A DNA stretch of 33,464 nucleotides, from positions 1-33,464 of the IMG/VR virus record IMGVR_UViG_3300040985_001008; one strand, given 5' to 3'. A program made the translations under genes and the position numbers. Every line of letters starts with the position of its first letter. The stretch's first letter is position 1. This DNA is from a virus (lineage: Duplodnaviria; Caudoviricetes). Below, piece by piece: positions 9,068 to 18,717 of this stretch. The notes under the pieces are model-generated. The model had not been told where the DNA came from, searched no databases, and saw nothing but the letters and a program-made list of their open reading frames with translations.

Positions 9068-9592
9068 GTGGCAATCGACGCAAATTCTTACTGCGCTATC
9101 ACCGACCTTGAACGCCGGGTCTCTGACCTAATTGTCGACAATGTTTTCACGACGACGACTCGCCCCACGCTTGCACAGGCGGAGCAGATGATCGACGACG
9201 TGGCGGCAGAGATAAATAACGCCTTGCTGGTTGCAGGATTTACAGCCCCGATCGCCGTCGCCGACGACCCGTTCCCCCACGCTTCGGCGGTGGCGGCGAA
9301 CAGCGCAGGCGCAGCGGTCAAGGTAATGAACACATTCCCGTCGGAGTCGTGGGATCCCAACGCCCCGGAGCCGACCCGGAATCGGATCTCTGGATTCGCC
9401 GCAGAGTTCAAGGGCTTCCTAGAGAAGATCGAGGAAAACAAGATCAAGGCGAGCCGGGACACAAATGTCACGGGATTGTTCATCGTCGGATCTGCCCGGG
9501 ATCGTGAAACAGGTGCGCTCAAAACGCCTGCATTCAAGCGGAACGAAATGGATTACCCGGGCAGGGTAACGAGGACAGACAGCACACAATGA
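9068..9592 (+). CDS. head-tail adaptor/connector protein
   Basis: N-terminal YC.I.DL, IDDVAAEINNAL...GF..P pattern typical of Mu gp36/gp6-like adaptors; synteny. Confidence 0.65.
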   Translation: MAIDANSYCAITDLERRVSDLIVDNVFTTTTRPTLAQAEQMIDDVAAEINNALLVAGFTAPIAVADDPFPHASAVAANSAGAAVKVMNTFPSESWDPNAPEPTRNRISGFAAEFKGFLEKIEENKIKASRDTNVTGLFIVGSARDRETGALKTPAFKRNEMDYPGRVTRTDSTQ

Positions 9593-10044
9593 CACATGCA
9601 ACCGTCCAGACGGCTGCGCTGGCGGTATTGCGTAAGCTGTCCGAATTCGACGCAGACAACTCCACCGAAAACGATTACCGGATCCTCGCCAACGGCAAGG
9701 CGTATCACGCTATCCTGCGCCGGGGATCTAGTGACAACCGATCCATGCAGGACGTGCCCGCCAACGGCGTGTTCCAGAAGCGTTCCGATCGGCAGGTAAT
9801 AATGGAGATCTATTGCCTGTACTCTGTGGACACCCTGACGACCCGGTCGCAGCTAAATTCGATAACGCAAACCATCCTCGACCACTTCGACAAGTACCCG
9901 AATCTGGATCAGACGACGGGCGTGATCGAGACCGATGCTGATAACACTTCCCGACCCGAGGACACCATCCTCGGCGGATCTAATTACCTGTTCCAGAAAA
10001 TCGAGTTGAATGTGATCGAGTTAGAGACGGTGACGCTGTTATGA
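9589..10044 (+). CDS. putative tail terminator/neck protein, paralog A
   Basis: Neck position; clear similarity to the next gene. Confidence 0.5.
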   Translation: MTHATVQTAALAVLRKLSEFDADNSTENDYRILANGKAYHAILRRGSSDNRSMQDVPANGVFQKRSDRQVIMEIYCLYSVDTLTTRSQLNSITQTILDHFDKYPNLDQTTGVIETDADNTSRPEDTILGGSNYLFQKIELNVIELETVTLL

Positions 10045-10577
10045 GTTACGCATCCGTGCAGACGAAAACGCTGGCGCTGTTGCAGGGGCTACCGACATTC
10101 GACGCCAACAACTCCGCCGAATCAGACTTTCGGATCCTCGCACATGGCAAGGCTAATTATGGAATCCTGCTCAAAGGCTCGACGGGCAAGCCGGGATCCT
10201 CGGGGCAGCTAGACGTTTCTGACGGCGAATACAGCTATCAAAGGCGAGACGACTACACGGTCGAGATCCAGATTTTCCAACGGTTCATTGTCGACCAGCT
10301 AGCGACCCGGGCGGCATTGACAGACCTCGCCGACACGATCGCCGCACACTTCGACGCCTATCCAGATCTTGACGATACCGACGGAATCATAGATAGTCGG
10401 ATTGACATTGTTGGGGAACCCGACGAGTGGACAGTCGGCACGGGAAACTACTGGCGGCAGGTTATCAATTTCGAGGTAGTCGAGATATCGACGGTTTATA
10501 TGGCGGAGTACCACGGCGGTTCGATTATGCGCTGGGACGGCGCAACACTGTGGGACGGATCGGGGTCGTGGATCTAA
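10041..10577 (+). CDS. putative tail terminator/neck protein, paralog B
   Basis: Paralog of 9589..10044 with an extra C-terminal RWDGATLWDGSGSW extension. Confidence 0.5.
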   Translation: MSYASVQTKTLALLQGLPTFDANNSAESDFRILAHGKANYGILLKGSTGKPGSSGQLDVSDGEYSYQRRDDYTVEIQIFQRFIVDQLATRAALTDLADTIAAHFDAYPDLDDTDGIIDSRIDIVGEPDEWTVGTGNYWRQVINFEVVEISTVYMAEYHGGSIMRWDGATLWDGSGSWI

Positions 10578-11053
10578 TGGGATTTGATTACGAGTTAGAG
10601 CGCAGCGGTGGCGGCGGAATGAGCCGGGCGGACACGATCCTCGCCGGGCGGGCTAACCGTGCGCTCCGTGACATCGGAGACGTGTTCACGCCTGCGCTAA
10701 AAGCAAACACTCCCCGGGCGACCGGGACACTCGCAAACTCGTCCCGGTTCCAGCTAAAGGGGTCTAACAAAAGTCAGTCTTTGGAAGTTCGGCAGGGCGC
10801 ACGGTCGTCCAGCGGAGACTTCTATGGAATGTTCGTGCGGGGAGGTACAAAGCCGCACACCATCCGACCTAAAACTTCGGGTGGCGTTTTAGTTTTCAAA
10901 ATCGGGAATCGGACAATTTTCGCAAAGAAGGTTGAACACCCGGGGACGAAGGCGAACCCGTACCATGTAAAAACGAAACGAGAAACCAGCGGTCAGATAG
11001 CCGAGATTATTACTCGGACGGGTGTCGACATCGCATCAGAACTTATGGGGTAG
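10577..11053 (+). CDS. HK97 gp10-like tail completion protein
   Basis: TP..TG.L..S, YGMFV..GTKPH.IRP, VEHPGTKANPY motifs; TAATG coupling gives start 10577. Confidence 0.75.
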   Translation: MGFDYELERSGGGGMSRADTILAGRANRALRDIGDVFTPALKANTPRATGTLANSSRFQLKGSNKSQSLEVRQGARSSSGDFYGMFVRGGTKPHTIRPKTSGGVLVFKIGNRTIFAKKVEHPGTKANPYHVKTKRETSGQIAEIITRTGVDIASELMG

Positions 11054-11057
11054 GTAA

Positions 11058-11498
11058 ATGGCACAGACAAGATTTCCGGGTAAGGATCTTCACGTCGAAA
11101 TCGAGAACGCCGCATCGGCTTCTCAGGTTTTGACCGGAGTAACCTCTGTCACCGGATTGCCGGGCGAGGTAGAACACTACGACGCAACGGCTGTGGGCGA
11201 CGCAGGGCGCAAGCACGTCGCCGGGCTAGAGAATGTTACGGTGACGATCGAAGGCTGGTACGACAACACAGCCACGACAGGCTCGCAGGTCGTACTCTCA
11301 GGGCTTGCAGCCGTGCGAAGTGCGGATCAAGAGTCTGTCCTTATCTATGGTCCAATCGGCAACACGTCGGGCATGGAAAAATTTACGGCTACCGTGAAAA
11401 TGAAATCACTAGAGTACCCGGCAACGCTTGGCGACCTCGTCAAGTTCCGCTGTGAACTCCTAGTGCAGGGTCAGGCAGTAGCAAGCACATTCGCATAA
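11058..11498 (+). CDS. major tail tube protein
   Basis: D.TA.GD..RKHVAGL...T.T.EG.YD pattern of siphoviral tube proteins; upstream of chaperone and tape measure. Confidence 0.75.
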   Translation: MAQTRFPGKDLHVEIENAASASQVLTGVTSVTGLPGEVEHYDATAVGDAGRKHVAGLENVTVTIEGWYDNTATTGSQVVLSGLAAVRSADQESVLIYGPIGNTSGMEKFTATVKMKSLEYPATLGDLVKFRCELLVQGQAVASTFA

Positions 11499-11508
11499 GC
11501 GAGGGAAT

Positions 11509-11904
11509 ATGAAGATCACCGAGACGGGGATTGACGACGGTGGAATTCCATTAGTAAAAGTAGAATTCGACGACGGTCAATGGTGGGAGTTCAGGCAGGA
11601 AATAAATTGGGGCACGTCCCGGCAGATCCGAAAGATCCTGACGGGTTGGGAAGCCACGAATCCGGACATTGACGCAGCGCACGAGGCGCAAGTTTTGAGG
11701 CTCGCAGGATCGACCGTATCTTGGTCTTTCAAGCTGCCAATCAAGACTTCCTCGATCGACCGAATTGCAGACTGGCGGGCGAGGTCTGTTCTCACGTATA
11801 TGGTGGAACGGCATCGTGTGGGAGGAGTGTCGGAGGAAACAAAAAAAGTCTCCGGGTGGCGTTTATTTTTCGGGCAGATCTTCCGCCCGAGTTTATGGAA
11901 ATAG
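11509..11904 (+). CDS. tail assembly chaperone (G-like)
   Basis: Between tail tube and tape measure; contains a slippery site. Confidence 0.7.
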   Translation: MKITETGIDDGGIPLVKVEFDDGQWWEFRQEINWGTSRQIRKILTGWEATNPDIDAAHEAQVLRLAGSTVSWSFKLPIKTSSIDRIADWRARSVLTYMVERHRVGGVSEETKKVSGWRLFFGQIFRPSLWK

Positions 11905-12047
11905 CCAGTTACGTAAACCTGCTCGATGCAGGCGTAGTGACGGGGTTCAGCATGACGGAGATTGAGCGCAAGTCGCAGGTGTGGGTTGAGACGCTCTACA
12001 CCTACAAGCAAATTCGTGAAGAAGTAAGGACAGCGCAGGCAGCATGA
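11841..12047 (+). CDS. -1 frameshift extension of tail assembly chaperone (GT-like)
   Basis: A AAA AAA heptamer at 11841-11847 in the zero frame; -1 frame open until TGA 12047, which overlaps the tape measure ATG. Confidence 0.7.
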   Translation, partial: KKSLRVAFIFRADLPPEFMEIASYVNLLDAGVVTGFSMTEIERKSQVWVETLYTYKQIREEVRTAQAA

Positions 12048-13093
12048 CGAACAGCAACAACGAGCAGGATCTTGTTTTCAAGGCTCGCTTTGAGGACGAT
12101 GCTAGCGAGGATATTCAGAGCCTTGACGGCGATGTCGAAAGCCTCGACTCGTCGATGGGCGGTCTCTCAATGTCTGCCGTCGGCGCAGGCTTGGCGCTGT
12201 TCGGTGTCGGTGTCGGTGTCCAGCAGGTCGTGCAGGGAGCCGTCGAGAGCCACAAGCGAATGACTGCGACCCGGGCACTAATAAAGCTTCTCCCCGAGGC
12301 AGCGAAGGAAGCCCTAAGCGAACTCCAACCCTTCTACGAGGACATCGGAAAGACGGTTGGAGCCACTAACCTCGAAGTCGAGGAGACGGCTGTGGCGATC
12401 ACGAATGCCACCGGCGGTATTGCTCCATCGATCGATCAACTGCAATTCGTTTACGACCTTATGGCGACGACCGGGGCGGGCGCAGCCGAGGCAGGCGACG
12501 CAGTCGCCGAGTCAATCCGTGGAAACCAAAAGCCTTTGCAGGATCTTCTCGGTGACAAATACAACTTCCGAAACCTAGAGGAGGCTATGGCGCTTCTCGC
12601 AGGCACGGCAGAGGAATCCAAGACCCCGATGGATGATATTACGAGGATCCTGCGGAACTGGAACGAGGAACTCGCCACATCCGAGGGGCAGGAAAGCTTG
12701 CTCCGGAACATCCTTCCGCCAGTATCGGCGATTCTGGATTCGATAAATCTTTGGGACGATTATTGGGACGCCGTTCACAACGACGAGGAGATAAACAACC
12801 CGTGGGACTACATAACCAACCCGGGCGGTGACGCTCCGATCGGCAGTAGCGGGCAGGTTCACGACCCCCTCGAACAGCAGCTAATCGATCAGGGTGTCTA
12901 CGGCGTCGGAGCCGCAGGAATGGGGTCTTTCGCCACAGGGAATCAGCCGGTCTCTGTCGGAATAACTATCAACGGCGATATTGATTCGGCGCAGAGGGCG
13001 TCCGTCATAATGCGTCAGGTTGAGCTACAAATCCGAAACATCTACCGAGGCGGTATCAACACGATCGTTGACACCAGAATGTTCCCTTCATAA
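12044..13093 (+). CDS. tape measure protein (short)
   Basis: L.FKARFEDDAS..I start, hydrophobic Gly/Ala stretch, helical middle, C-terminal ITINGD.D; synteny. Confidence 0.75.
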   Translation: MTNSNNEQDLVFKARFEDDASEDIQSLDGDVESLDSSMGGLSMSAVGAGLALFGVGVGVQQVVQGAVESHKRMTATRALIKLLPEAAKEALSELQPFYEDIGKTVGATNLEVEETAVAITNATGGIAPSIDQLQFVYDLMATTGAGAAEAGDAVAESIRGNQKPLQDLLGDKYNFRNLEEAMALLAGTAEESKTPMDDITRILRNWNEELATSEGQESLLRNILPPVSAILDSINLWDDYWDAVHNDEEINNPWDYITNPGGDAPIGSSGQVHDPLEQQLIDQGVYGVGAAGMGSFATGNQPVSVGITINGDIDSAQRASVIMRQVELQIRNIYRGGINTIVDTRMFPS

Positions 13094-15555
13094 TGCCTAG
13101 TCCATTTATTGAATACCACATAGATTTCGACGAGGACAAAGTTCTCGAATCCGCCGAGGACGTGGCGGGCGATCTCAAAGCGTTTACGCTCACCCGGGGC
13201 AAGGATGTGTCGGCTAACCGTGCGCCCGCCGCTACGCTCCTGACGTCCATGCACAACTACGACGGGAAATACACGCCGCCGAATACAGGGTCGTCACTGT
13301 ACCCGTTCCAACTGCCGGGTCCAGACGTTCGGCTGCGCATGGCATACCCGTATGACGCTTTTGCAGGCTCGAACTCCGCCGCTCTAAACGGACGAGTGCT
13401 GCCAAAAGCCGACCTGCAAACAGTCGCAGAGGGCGGCTGGGATGCGTGGAGCGGTGATACTCAGTACGAGATCCAGTCAAACCACATCGAACGTAACGCA
13501 ACCACAGGTGCGCACACGGCGTGCGTTCTGGATTTCGAGACAGCCAACGCCAGAATCGGTGCAGACGTAGTTCTCGATACCGGCACAGGTTATCCATACA
13601 CCCAGCCGTTATTTGTTTTCCGGTGGACTGACTCCAGCAATTACGACTACGTGTATGTTTATTTCGCTGACGCAAACACGTGGGGGGTGGGGGTCGCTGG
13701 GTACTCAGGCGGAGTGTTTGACGCTTACGAAAACGACGTAACCTACAACATGGCGGGCGGAACGGTGTGGGACAAGGGCGATGCTGCAAGAGTTGAAGTC
13801 CAGTTCCAAGACGAGGAAGTGATTGCATGGGTCAACGATTACGCTGTTCTTGAAGAGTCGGGCGTGGACGGAAACCTCACAGGGACGAAGCATGGAATCG
13901 GTGGCTCTACGTTTGCAGGCTGTGCAAACAGTGGGGTTGCAGGATCCCGGTCGATTCAGTGGCACAATTTTGGCGGCTGGAACACTGTGTTTGCGGGGAG
14001 AGCCGACACGGTCGAACCTAACCCCGGAATCGATGCAGAGGCGAACATAGCGTCGTGGGACGATTTCGAGCGACTCAACCGCCACCCTGTTTTCAAAACA
14101 GCCGAGCCGACCAAAACGGCAAAAGAACTTATTGATATCGTTTTAGAGGCGGGCGACGTTCCCGGCGATCGCCCTTTGCTGAACGGTCTAACGCCGGTCA
14201 CGGATTTGCTAACGATCGCAGACGACGGCGAAACGCTTATGGCGGACTTTGCAAAGGCTATGGGGCTAAGTGCGCTCGGCGAGTTGTATCAAATACAGGA
14301 CGACGACGTTGGTTTCATCTGGATCGACGGCAGGGGCACGTTCCGCTACGAGGAAACAGGGCACAGGGACATTGCGCCACACGATACCCATGCAGCTTCA
14401 TGGGGCGACGTGTCTGGGTCTGCGCCCTCGATTTCGATGGAGCCACGACCGAAATGGCTCGACGGGAAAGACGTAGTCGAGAACGAGATATTTTACCGAT
14501 TCAACCGGGCGTCGCTGTCGCTGGCAGCAACGGCGTGGATCCTCGAACAGGACGACAATCCTGATTTCCAAGTCGCCCCGGCGTCGACGATCGCCGGGTC
14601 GTGGCTCACGCTGGAAATAACCGCCCTCTCCGACGGCGACACAATGGGAAATATCAAGAACCCTATTCCGGGATCCGGGTACACGATCCACGAGAACGCT
14701 AACGGCACGGGTGTCGATTGGCTGACGCCGCTTGCGAGCGAGACCGGCACGGTTACGTTCACCGAGACGATCGTCGGCGGGGTTCACACCGTTTTGCAGA
14801 TCGACGACGACGGCGCACCGTTCTCCGGATCCACAAGCGTCGGCGCAGGATCGTTCGGCAAGGACGGGCGGCTGATTACTGTCCGGGACGCCTCGGGTAA
14901 TACAGCGGTTGGGTACTGCGGGACAACCGACGTTGACGGCGACGACACTCGACGCAACATTACAGACTGGCCAGAGGATTACCAGAGTGCAGGCGTATAC
15001 GGATCCCCGGGCTGGCTTCGGGCGGACGACGATTTCGACGTTACTGACACGCCCCTCACTTTCGACACGATGCTTTCGGCGGCATACCTCGTTGACGGCT
15101 ACGAGGGCGAGACGGCAGTAATCAAGTACCTGACACACGACGGACATGAAGATTCGAACTTCCTGACATCCGCCCTGCTTGTGGCGGACGTGACGAGCGC
15201 ATCGAACCCAACTGCAGCACGGTCGGCAGATGCGACCTCTCAGGCAACGTTCGGGCGCAGGCGGATTGACCACACGACGAAATATATCGACACATGGTCT
15301 ATGGCTCAGGACAGGGCAAACAAACGGCTGGCGGTCAGGAAAGACGAGCGGGAACGCTTCACCGTTACGATCAACAACCTCGACAAATACAACCTGATGG
15401 AAATCATGTATCGTGACGTTAGTGATCGAGTCCGGGTGAGTGTTAGCGAGATGGGGATCTCTAACCGGGACTACTGGATTGAAAATTACGTGATGAATTT
15501 GACGCAGTCGGGCAAATTCATTTCCATGACTTACACCCTGTCGAAAGTTGTCTAA
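13093..15555 (+). CDS. large tail protein (distal tail/hub-like, with inserted domains)
   Basis: 820 aa after TMP; N-terminal TRG......A......L.N.DG.YTP.N..S.LY, G.IWID.RG.FRY, D.TSQ..FGRR motifs seen in siphoviral minor tail proteins. Confidence 0.65.
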   Translation: MPSPFIEYHIDFDEDKVLESAEDVAGDLKAFTLTRGKDVSANRAPAATLLTSMHNYDGKYTPPNTGSSLYPFQLPGPDVRLRMAYPYDAFAGSNSAALNGRVLPKADLQTVAEGGWDAWSGDTQYEIQSNHIERNATTGAHTACVLDFETANARIGADVVLDTGTGYPYTQPLFVFRWTDSSNYDYVYVYFADANTWGVGVAGYSGGVFDAYENDVTYNMAGGTVWDKGDAARVEVQFQDEEVIAWVNDYAVLEESGVDGNLTGTKHGIGGSTFAGCANSGVAGSRSIQWHNFGGWNTVFAGRADTVEPNPGIDAEANIASWDDFERLNRHPVFKTAEPTKTAKELIDIVLEAGDVPGDRPLLNGLTPVTDLLTIADDGETLMADFAKAMGLSALGELYQIQDDDVGFIWIDGRGTFRYEETGHRDIAPHDTHAASWGDVSGSAPSISMEPRPKWLDGKDVVENEIFYRFNRASLSLAATAWILEQDDNPDFQVAPASTIAGSWLTLEITALSDGDTMGNIKNPIPGSGYTIHENANGTGVDWLTPLASETGTVTFTETIVGGVHTVLQIDDDGAPFSGSTSVGAGSFGKDGRLITVRDASGNTAVGYCGTTDVDGDDTRRNITDWPEDYQSAGVYGSPGWLRADDDFDVTDTPLTFDTMLSAAYLVDGYEGETAVIKYLTHDGHEDSNFLTSALLVADVTSASNPTAARSADATSQATFGRRRIDHTTKYIDTWSMAQDRANKRLAVRKDERERFTVTINNLDKYNLMEIMYRDVSDRVRVSVSEMGISNRDYWIENYVMNLTQSGKFISMTYTLSKVV

Positions 15556-18278
15556 TGGCAAACGCATCCTCCGCTGTAATCAGCACGAATCTGGCGACCC
15601 ATACGCAGTACAACAACCTGCGCCTAGACGCTATTGGTCCATACAACGCCGAGCGGGTCTGGAACGATAATCAGCACGCCCGGTTCGGAACCTTAGGCGC
15701 AGACGGTGATATTTACTCCGACGGCACAGACCTTTTCATTGACCACCCGGGCGGCGGCAACATAAATTTGCAGGTCGCAGGCACGACCCGGCTGCAAATC
15801 ACATCCACCGGCTTCAATCTTGTCGGTAACCAGCTTTTCGGCGACAACGAAAAAGCCACGTTTGGCGACGGCGCAGATGCCTCGATTTACTGGGACGGAA
15901 CGAAGCTCGTAATCGGTGGCGCTGTCGTGCAGGCGGCAGGTCTCTCGATCACCGAGTCTCAGATCTCGGATCTTCAAACTTACCTCGTCAACGGTGGAGC
16001 ACTCGGCACGCCGTCCTCAGGTGTTGCGACGAACCTAACAGGCACGGCGGCAGGGCTAACGGCAGGGAACGCAACTCTGGCGGCAGCGGTGACGACGAAT
16101 GCGAACCTGACCGGGCATGTCACGTCGTCAGGTAACGCCGCCGTTCTAGGCTCGTTCACAATGGCTGAGTTGGACGCAGCGGTCTCTGACGGCAACATCC
16201 TGTATGACGGGGACATAACGATCTACACGGACGCTGAGGCGATCGCAGCGGTTGAGGGCGAAGCCACTCTGGCTCTAGCGGGCGACGTTTCGATTGCAAC
16301 GCTCAAAGCACTCAGCACAAACACAATCAACGAAACTACTGTGGGATCCGGAGTCACGGTCGACTCTGTCCTGTTGAAAGATGGACTCGTTGACGGTGTT
16401 GATATCGCAGCCCGAGATCATGCCAAGTACCTCGACAGCGAGGCTGTCGCAGCGGTTGAGGCGGCAGGACTCTCAACGCCTGCGCTCGGTACTCCCTCCG
16501 CACTCGTCGGCACTAATATCACAGGCACAGCCGCCGGGCTAACCGCCGGGAACGTAACGACGAACGCAAATCTCACCGGGCATGTCACGTCGTCTGGCAA
16601 CGCAGCGGTTCTCGGGTCGTTTACTAAGGCGCAGTTATCAACGGCGGTCTCTGACGGCACGCCACTTTACGTCGGCGACGTTGCGGCAACTTACACAGAC
16701 GCCGAGGCGATCGCAGCCGTTGAGGGCGAGGCAACCCTGACGCTCGCATCAGGTGCGACCGTCGGCGGATCTCCGGTCGTCGTCGATTCCGATATTGGCG
16801 GATCCGTTCAAGCCTACGACGCTGGACTTCTGTCGATCGCAGGGCTGACAACTCTCGCCGATCGAATGATTTATACAACAGCGTCGGACACCTACGCCGT
16901 GGCAACTCTCACCGCCGCAGGGCGGGCATTGATCGACGACGCCAGCGCATCAGCGCAGCGAACGACGTTGGGACTCGGTGCACTTGCGACTCTGGCAACC
17001 GTCAACAACTCTCAATGGAGCGGCACGGATCTCTCGGTCTCTAACGGTGGCACGGGATCCTCAACGGCGAGCGCAGCACGAACGGCTTTGGGTGTTGCGA
17101 TCGGCTCGGACGTCATGGCATACGATGCCACGATGCTTGTAGACGCCGACATCGGCGGATCCGTGCAGGCGTATGACGCTTTGCTCACAGATTTTGCAGC
17201 CCTAACGATCGCAGCCGGTGACATTATTTACGGCGTAGGATCCGATAACGTCGCCAACCTCGCAGCGGGCACTAACGGTCACGTTCTAACGCTTGCTGGC
17301 GGGATCCCGTCTTGGGCTAGTCCAGCCGCCCCGGGCGTTCACGCATCGTCGCATGAGAATGGCGGTGGCGACGAAATATCAGTGACCGGTCTCAGCGGAT
17401 TACTCGCCGACGATCAGCACGTAATCGACGCCGAGGTCACAGCTGTAATCGACGCCGACATAGGCGTGGCTTTGCAGGCATACGACGCCGGGCTGACATC
17501 GATCGCAGGGCTAACGACCGCCGCCGATCGAATGATCTACACGACAGCGTCCGACGTGTACGCTGTTGCGACTCTGACGGCGTCAGGACGGGCGTTACTC
17601 GACGACGCTAGCACGTCGGCGCAGCGGACGACGCTCGGACTTGCTATCGGCACAGACGTTCAGGCTTATTCGGCGGTTCTCGCTGCATTCGCCAGTGGAA
17701 CGGATATCACAGTGGCGCAGGGCGGAACAGGTGTTTCGACCCTGACCGACGATGGAGTGCTGATCGGTTCTGGTACTGGCGTAATCCGGGCGACCGACGC
17801 TGGTACAGCCGGTGAAGTGCTTACGTCCGGTGGTGCTGGCGTTGCTCCTGATTGGGCGGCTATATCTGCCGGGGCGACCCTTCTCGGTAAAGCATCTGAC
17901 GAGGTTGTGAACAACAGTTCAACCCTCCAAAACGATGATGATTTCAGTTTTGAAGTAACCGCTGGAAAGACATACGCTGTTACCGCTCTGCTCGTAGTAG
18001 ATTCACATAGTTCGCGAGATGTGAAATTTGCTTTCACTTTCACTGGTAGTTTGAAGGGTTATTACGTAAACAGTAACGGGTTTAATAATGTCGAATTTAC
18101 AAATAGTGGAACCATCCACACGGGAGGGGTTGGCGTTCGCCGTTACCTGTTCTTGACAGTTAGCTTGTTCTGCACAGGAACAGGAACTATGAACTTCCAG
18201 TGGGCGCAAAATTCCGCAGGGGCGAATGACACGACCCTGCACGAAGAATCGTGGATGAGGTACGAGGAAAAGCCATAA
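15555..18278 (+). CDS. tail fibre protein with internal repeats
   Basis: VQAYDA, GRALIDD....AQRTTLGL, GGTG....AARTALG fibre motifs; duplicated blocks; C-terminal globular tip. Confidence 0.85.
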   Translation: MANASSAVISTNLATHTQYNNLRLDAIGPYNAERVWNDNQHARFGTLGADGDIYSDGTDLFIDHPGGGNINLQVAGTTRLQITSTGFNLVGNQLFGDNEKATFGDGADASIYWDGTKLVIGGAVVQAAGLSITESQISDLQTYLVNGGALGTPSSGVATNLTGTAAGLTAGNATLAAAVTTNANLTGHVTSSGNAAVLGSFTMAELDAAVSDGNILYDGDITIYTDAEAIAAVEGEATLALAGDVSIATLKALSTNTINETTVGSGVTVDSVLLKDGLVDGVDIAARDHAKYLDSEAVAAVEAAGLSTPALGTPSALVGTNITGTAAGLTAGNVTTNANLTGHVTSSGNAAVLGSFTKAQLSTAVSDGTPLYVGDVAATYTDAEAIAAVEGEATLTLASGATVGGSPVVVDSDIGGSVQAYDAGLLSIAGLTTLADRMIYTTASDTYAVATLTAAGRALIDDASASAQRTTLGLGALATLATVNNSQWSGTDLSVSNGGTGSSTASAARTALGVAIGSDVMAYDATMLVDADIGGSVQAYDALLTDFAALTIAAGDIIYGVGSDNVANLAAGTNGHVLTLAGGIPSWASPAAPGVHASSHENGGGDEISVTGLSGLLADDQHVIDAEVTAVIDADIGVALQAYDAGLTSIAGLTTAADRMIYTTASDVYAVATLTASGRALLDDASTSAQRTTLGLAIGTDVQAYSAVLAAFASGTDITVAQGGTGVSTLTDDGVLIGSGTGVIRATDAGTAGEVLTSGGAGVAPDWAAISAGATLLGKASDEVVNNSSTLQNDDDFSFEVTAGKTYAVTALLVVDSHSSRDVKFAFTFTGSLKGYYVNSNGFNNVEFTNSGTIHTGGVGVRRYLFLTVSLFCTGTGTMNFQWAQNSAGANDTTLHEESWMRYEEKP
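16029..16745 (+). repeat. intragenic duplication A in tail fibre (two ~80-aa copies)
   Basis: TNLTGTAAGLTAGN...TTNANLTGHVTSSGNAAVLGSFT...YTDAEAIAAVEGEATL at ~16029-16275 and ~16512-16745. Confidence 0.9.
16785..17645 (+). repeat. intragenic duplication B in tail fibre (two ~64-aa copies)
   Basis: DIG..QAYDAGL.SIAGLTT.ADRMIYTTASD.YAVATLTA.GRAL.DDAS.SAQRTTLGL at ~16785-16980 and ~17450-17645. Confidence 0.9.
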
Positions 18279-18643
18279 TGCAAATAATAGTCACCCAAGA
18301 AGAAAAAGATAGAAAGCCCGGCTACGCTCTCGGCGTAGCAACAGGGCAAGTGGACGGGGGGTTCTCTATAACTACCGTCGCTAATAAACCCGACGGAGTG
18401 TTTGACGGCACGTACACGATTACGATTCCAGACGGAAAGATAACCCAATCCCAGTTTCAGGCGATCATCGACAATCCTGAACAGCAAGTAGTCACCCCTG
18501 ATTACAGGGAGCAGCGCAAGGCTGCATACCCCTACAAGGGCGATCAACTCGATATGCTCTACCGGGACTTGAAAGCTGCTGGCATTGAGGGCGAGTTCAC
18601 GGCTGCAATCGAAGCTGTGAAGAACGCTCATCCGAAGCCCTAG
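18278..18643 (+). CDS. tail-fibre-associated protein (putative assembly chaperone)
   Basis: TAATG-coupled to the fibre; C-terminal DY...R..AYP...DQLDML....I.AVK..HPKP motif common downstream of phage fibres. Confidence 0.65.
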   Translation: MQIIVTQEEKDRKPGYALGVATGQVDGGFSITTVANKPDGVFDGTYTITIPDGKITQSQFQAIIDNPEQQVVTPDYREQRKAAYPYKGDQLDMLYRDLKAAGIEGEFTAAIEAVKNAHPKP

Positions 18644-18717
18644 CGTGTGGGCTGGCTTGATTCGTGATATAAAGAGGTTTGAAGTTGACAATACTAGAAT
18701 TTGACGGGGGTCAAAAC

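Noticed and set aside
14398-15567. 389-aa minus-strand ORF (and other minus-strand ORFs such as 24195..24953)
   Set aside because: Antisense shadows of well-supported + strand genes in GC-rich DNA; no motifs or RBS; all credible genes are on +
16029-17645. Tail fibre repeats as DGR template/variable repeats or CRISPR
   Set aside because: Repeats are in-frame protein duplications with mostly synonymous divergence, not adenine-specific; no reverse transcriptase, no repeat-spacer array
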